64,000 nt of DNA, taken from assembly GCA_946965045.2 (NCBI GenBank), contig OX337235.1, positions 620,001 to 684,000 of the forward strand. Reading direction: 5' to 3'. Source of the stretch: Epithemia pelagica. Taxonomy: Eukaryota; Protista; Bacillariophyta. The notes beneath the pieces are model-generated. The model was not told the origin of the DNA and did no database searches. It worked only from the letters and a program-made list of their open reading frames with translations. Positions 62,344-64,000 of the stretch are shown here, in pieces. Each line of letters opens with the position of its first letter. The stretch's first letter is position 1. Made by a program: the position numbers and the translations under genes.

Positions 62344-64000
62344 ATGAGGTTCCAGTGCTTTCCACCCTTCTTTCGATTCGTTTTTCTCGTGGCAGCATTG
62401 GCCGAGTCACTGGATGGACCGTCCGAATGCGTGGTCGACTCGGACGGCAACTGCGACGCAAAAGATCATCCAAAAGAAGAAGAAGAATCTTTGAATCCAG
62501 TGAGAAACGACAAGGCCGACGATGACGATGCAGATCGAAACAGTACCATTCTAGAAGAAGACGCGACAACCTGTGGTGTGTACTTTGCTTCCTCCTCCTT
62601 GCCCGGTGCTGGCAATGGACTCTTTGCCGGCCATGACTTTTTCAAAGGCGATCAAGTCATCCCAGGAGACTTGTCGGTCACCATTACTGATTTGGGATTT
62701 CACTCTTTTCTGGGCAAAGACGAACTGGATGACCAGTTTTTATGGAACGAGTGAGTCAAAGGAGAGGAGCTTGGAGAACAGGTATAGTGGCCACGAGATC
62801 TGGCAAAAAATCTGACCATATTTCACTCTTGCAATTCCGCCTTTAATTTTGTGTCCATTCCTTACAGATATACGTGGGCATCGGACATCATTGAAGGCAT
62901 GGATGGGGAGGCCACAAGAGTAGATGTGGGGAGCTTTGGCATTGGAGCCGCTATTAACTGTGACTTTGGTTTGGAGAATGTGGACACCTATGGAGGCCAA
63001 ATGTCACCCTCAGGGAAAACATGGTCGCCTGAAGCACCCATGGGTGAACACCCCGGTGTCGGTGCCTTTACCATTTTTCATGACCGTCAAACTGTGGCCT
63101 ATCTAGATATACCAGCAGGGTACGAGCGCATTGTTGATTGTTGTCCAAGCGTCTTATGCCAATAGATTTCTTTTTTGTCTCGATTCTAACAATCCATGGT
63201 TTCTCTTTGTTTTGATTCAGAATGGAACTTTTCTTGAGTTATGGTGAAGAATACTTCTCCTCTCGAGACTATAATGATGTTCCACTGACAGTACATTTTA
63301 AGAGAGGGACGTCTCTGCTCAAGAGTTTTAATTCCTTGTTGAAGAGGTTAGGAACCGACAAGTCTGAATCTCCTCCCCCTTGGATGAACGACCTGTATAA
63401 CCTTGTTCGACACGAAATGGATGAGGTGTGGGGTGGAGCAACCTTGAAAACCTGGCCGGATACCATGGACCGAGTGGATGAAGTCCTTGATTTGGGCATC
63501 CGTAGTGCTCATGCGCACAAGAGCATTCGTTCCATGGAAATGCTCCAGACAGTTGGAAGTTGTGCCGATCATTTGGAAGCCCAACCTAGCACTCTACCAC
63601 ATGCCGGACGGGGAGCCTTTACACGTCGACGCATTGCTAAGGGAGAAACGGTGGCACCTGTACCCTTGATTCATATTCCCAATCGATCCATTTTCGACAT
63701 GTACGAGCCTTTGGTACCCGGCCATTATCCCAAACCGAGGAAAATTGATTTTCGAAATGTGACGGACGTTCCCGTGCATCGGCAATTGCTGTTAAATTAT
63801 TGCTTTGGTCATGCGGATACCGATCTATTACTTTGCCCGTACGGCGTTGGAACGGCGCTCATTAACCACTCCAAAGAAAAGGTCAATGCTAAGATTGTTT
63901 GGAGTACCAAGCATACCACTCATCCCGAATGGCTGGATATGAACCCTGCAGAATGGACCACCAGCTCCTCTGCTGGATTGGCTTGGGAGTTTGTCGCGAC
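62344..64000 (+). CDS. Signal-peptide-bearing tandem-SET-domain protein (runs off the window)
   Basis: MRFQCFPPFFRFVFLVAALA signal-like start. GT-AG introns 62751-62867 and 63120-63220. SET1 CGVYFASS..GAGNGLFAG / AAINCD / ELFLSYG. SET2 PSTLPHAGRGAF / LINHS. Exon 3 is open to the window end. Confidence 0.85.

Noticed and set aside
1-64000. rRNA or tRNA genes
   Set aside because: No cloverleaf or rRNA-like conserved segments were recognised by eye; tRNAscan-SE and barrnap would be needed to exclude them.

Overview
Eukaryotic genomic DNA, very likely from a diatom. This is inferred from diatom-type Copia/CoDi elements, short GT-AG introns and the gene families present; the ORF track's TTG/GTG starts are mostly artefacts. 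About half of the window is transposon-derived. It holds a truncated tyrosine-recombinase (DIRS/Ngaro-like) retroelement running off the left edge, two full-length Ty1/copia elements (6607-16339 minus, defective; 35072-41642 plus, intact with identical LTRs), a decayed RNase H-bearing LINE fragment, and a hAT-type MITE nested in a PIF/Harbinger-type MITE. Host content: (1) a roughly 3,000-aa pseudogenised gene with the architecture TRAFAC GTPase - helical - J-like - SecA-type SF2 ATPase - vWA - vWA, split by the first Copia; (2) a TM9SF pseudogene; (3) two paralogues encoding tandem SET domains, at least one with an N-terminal signal peptide; (4) three intronless DEG/ENaC (ASIC-like) channel genes; (5) a PP2A B'' subunit; (6) two Crinkler-like header + trypsin-fold genes with a Cys nucleophile; (7) a 28-codon triosephosphate isomerase fragment at a duplication junction. 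The best candidates for undescribed biology are the giant GTPase/SecA/vWA protein, the compact DEG/ENaC cluster, the Cys-nucleophile Crinkler-like proteases, a possible C5-methyltransferase remnant in the YR retroelement, and a Copia with non-TG...CA ends. All calls come from reading motifs by eye; no database search was run.
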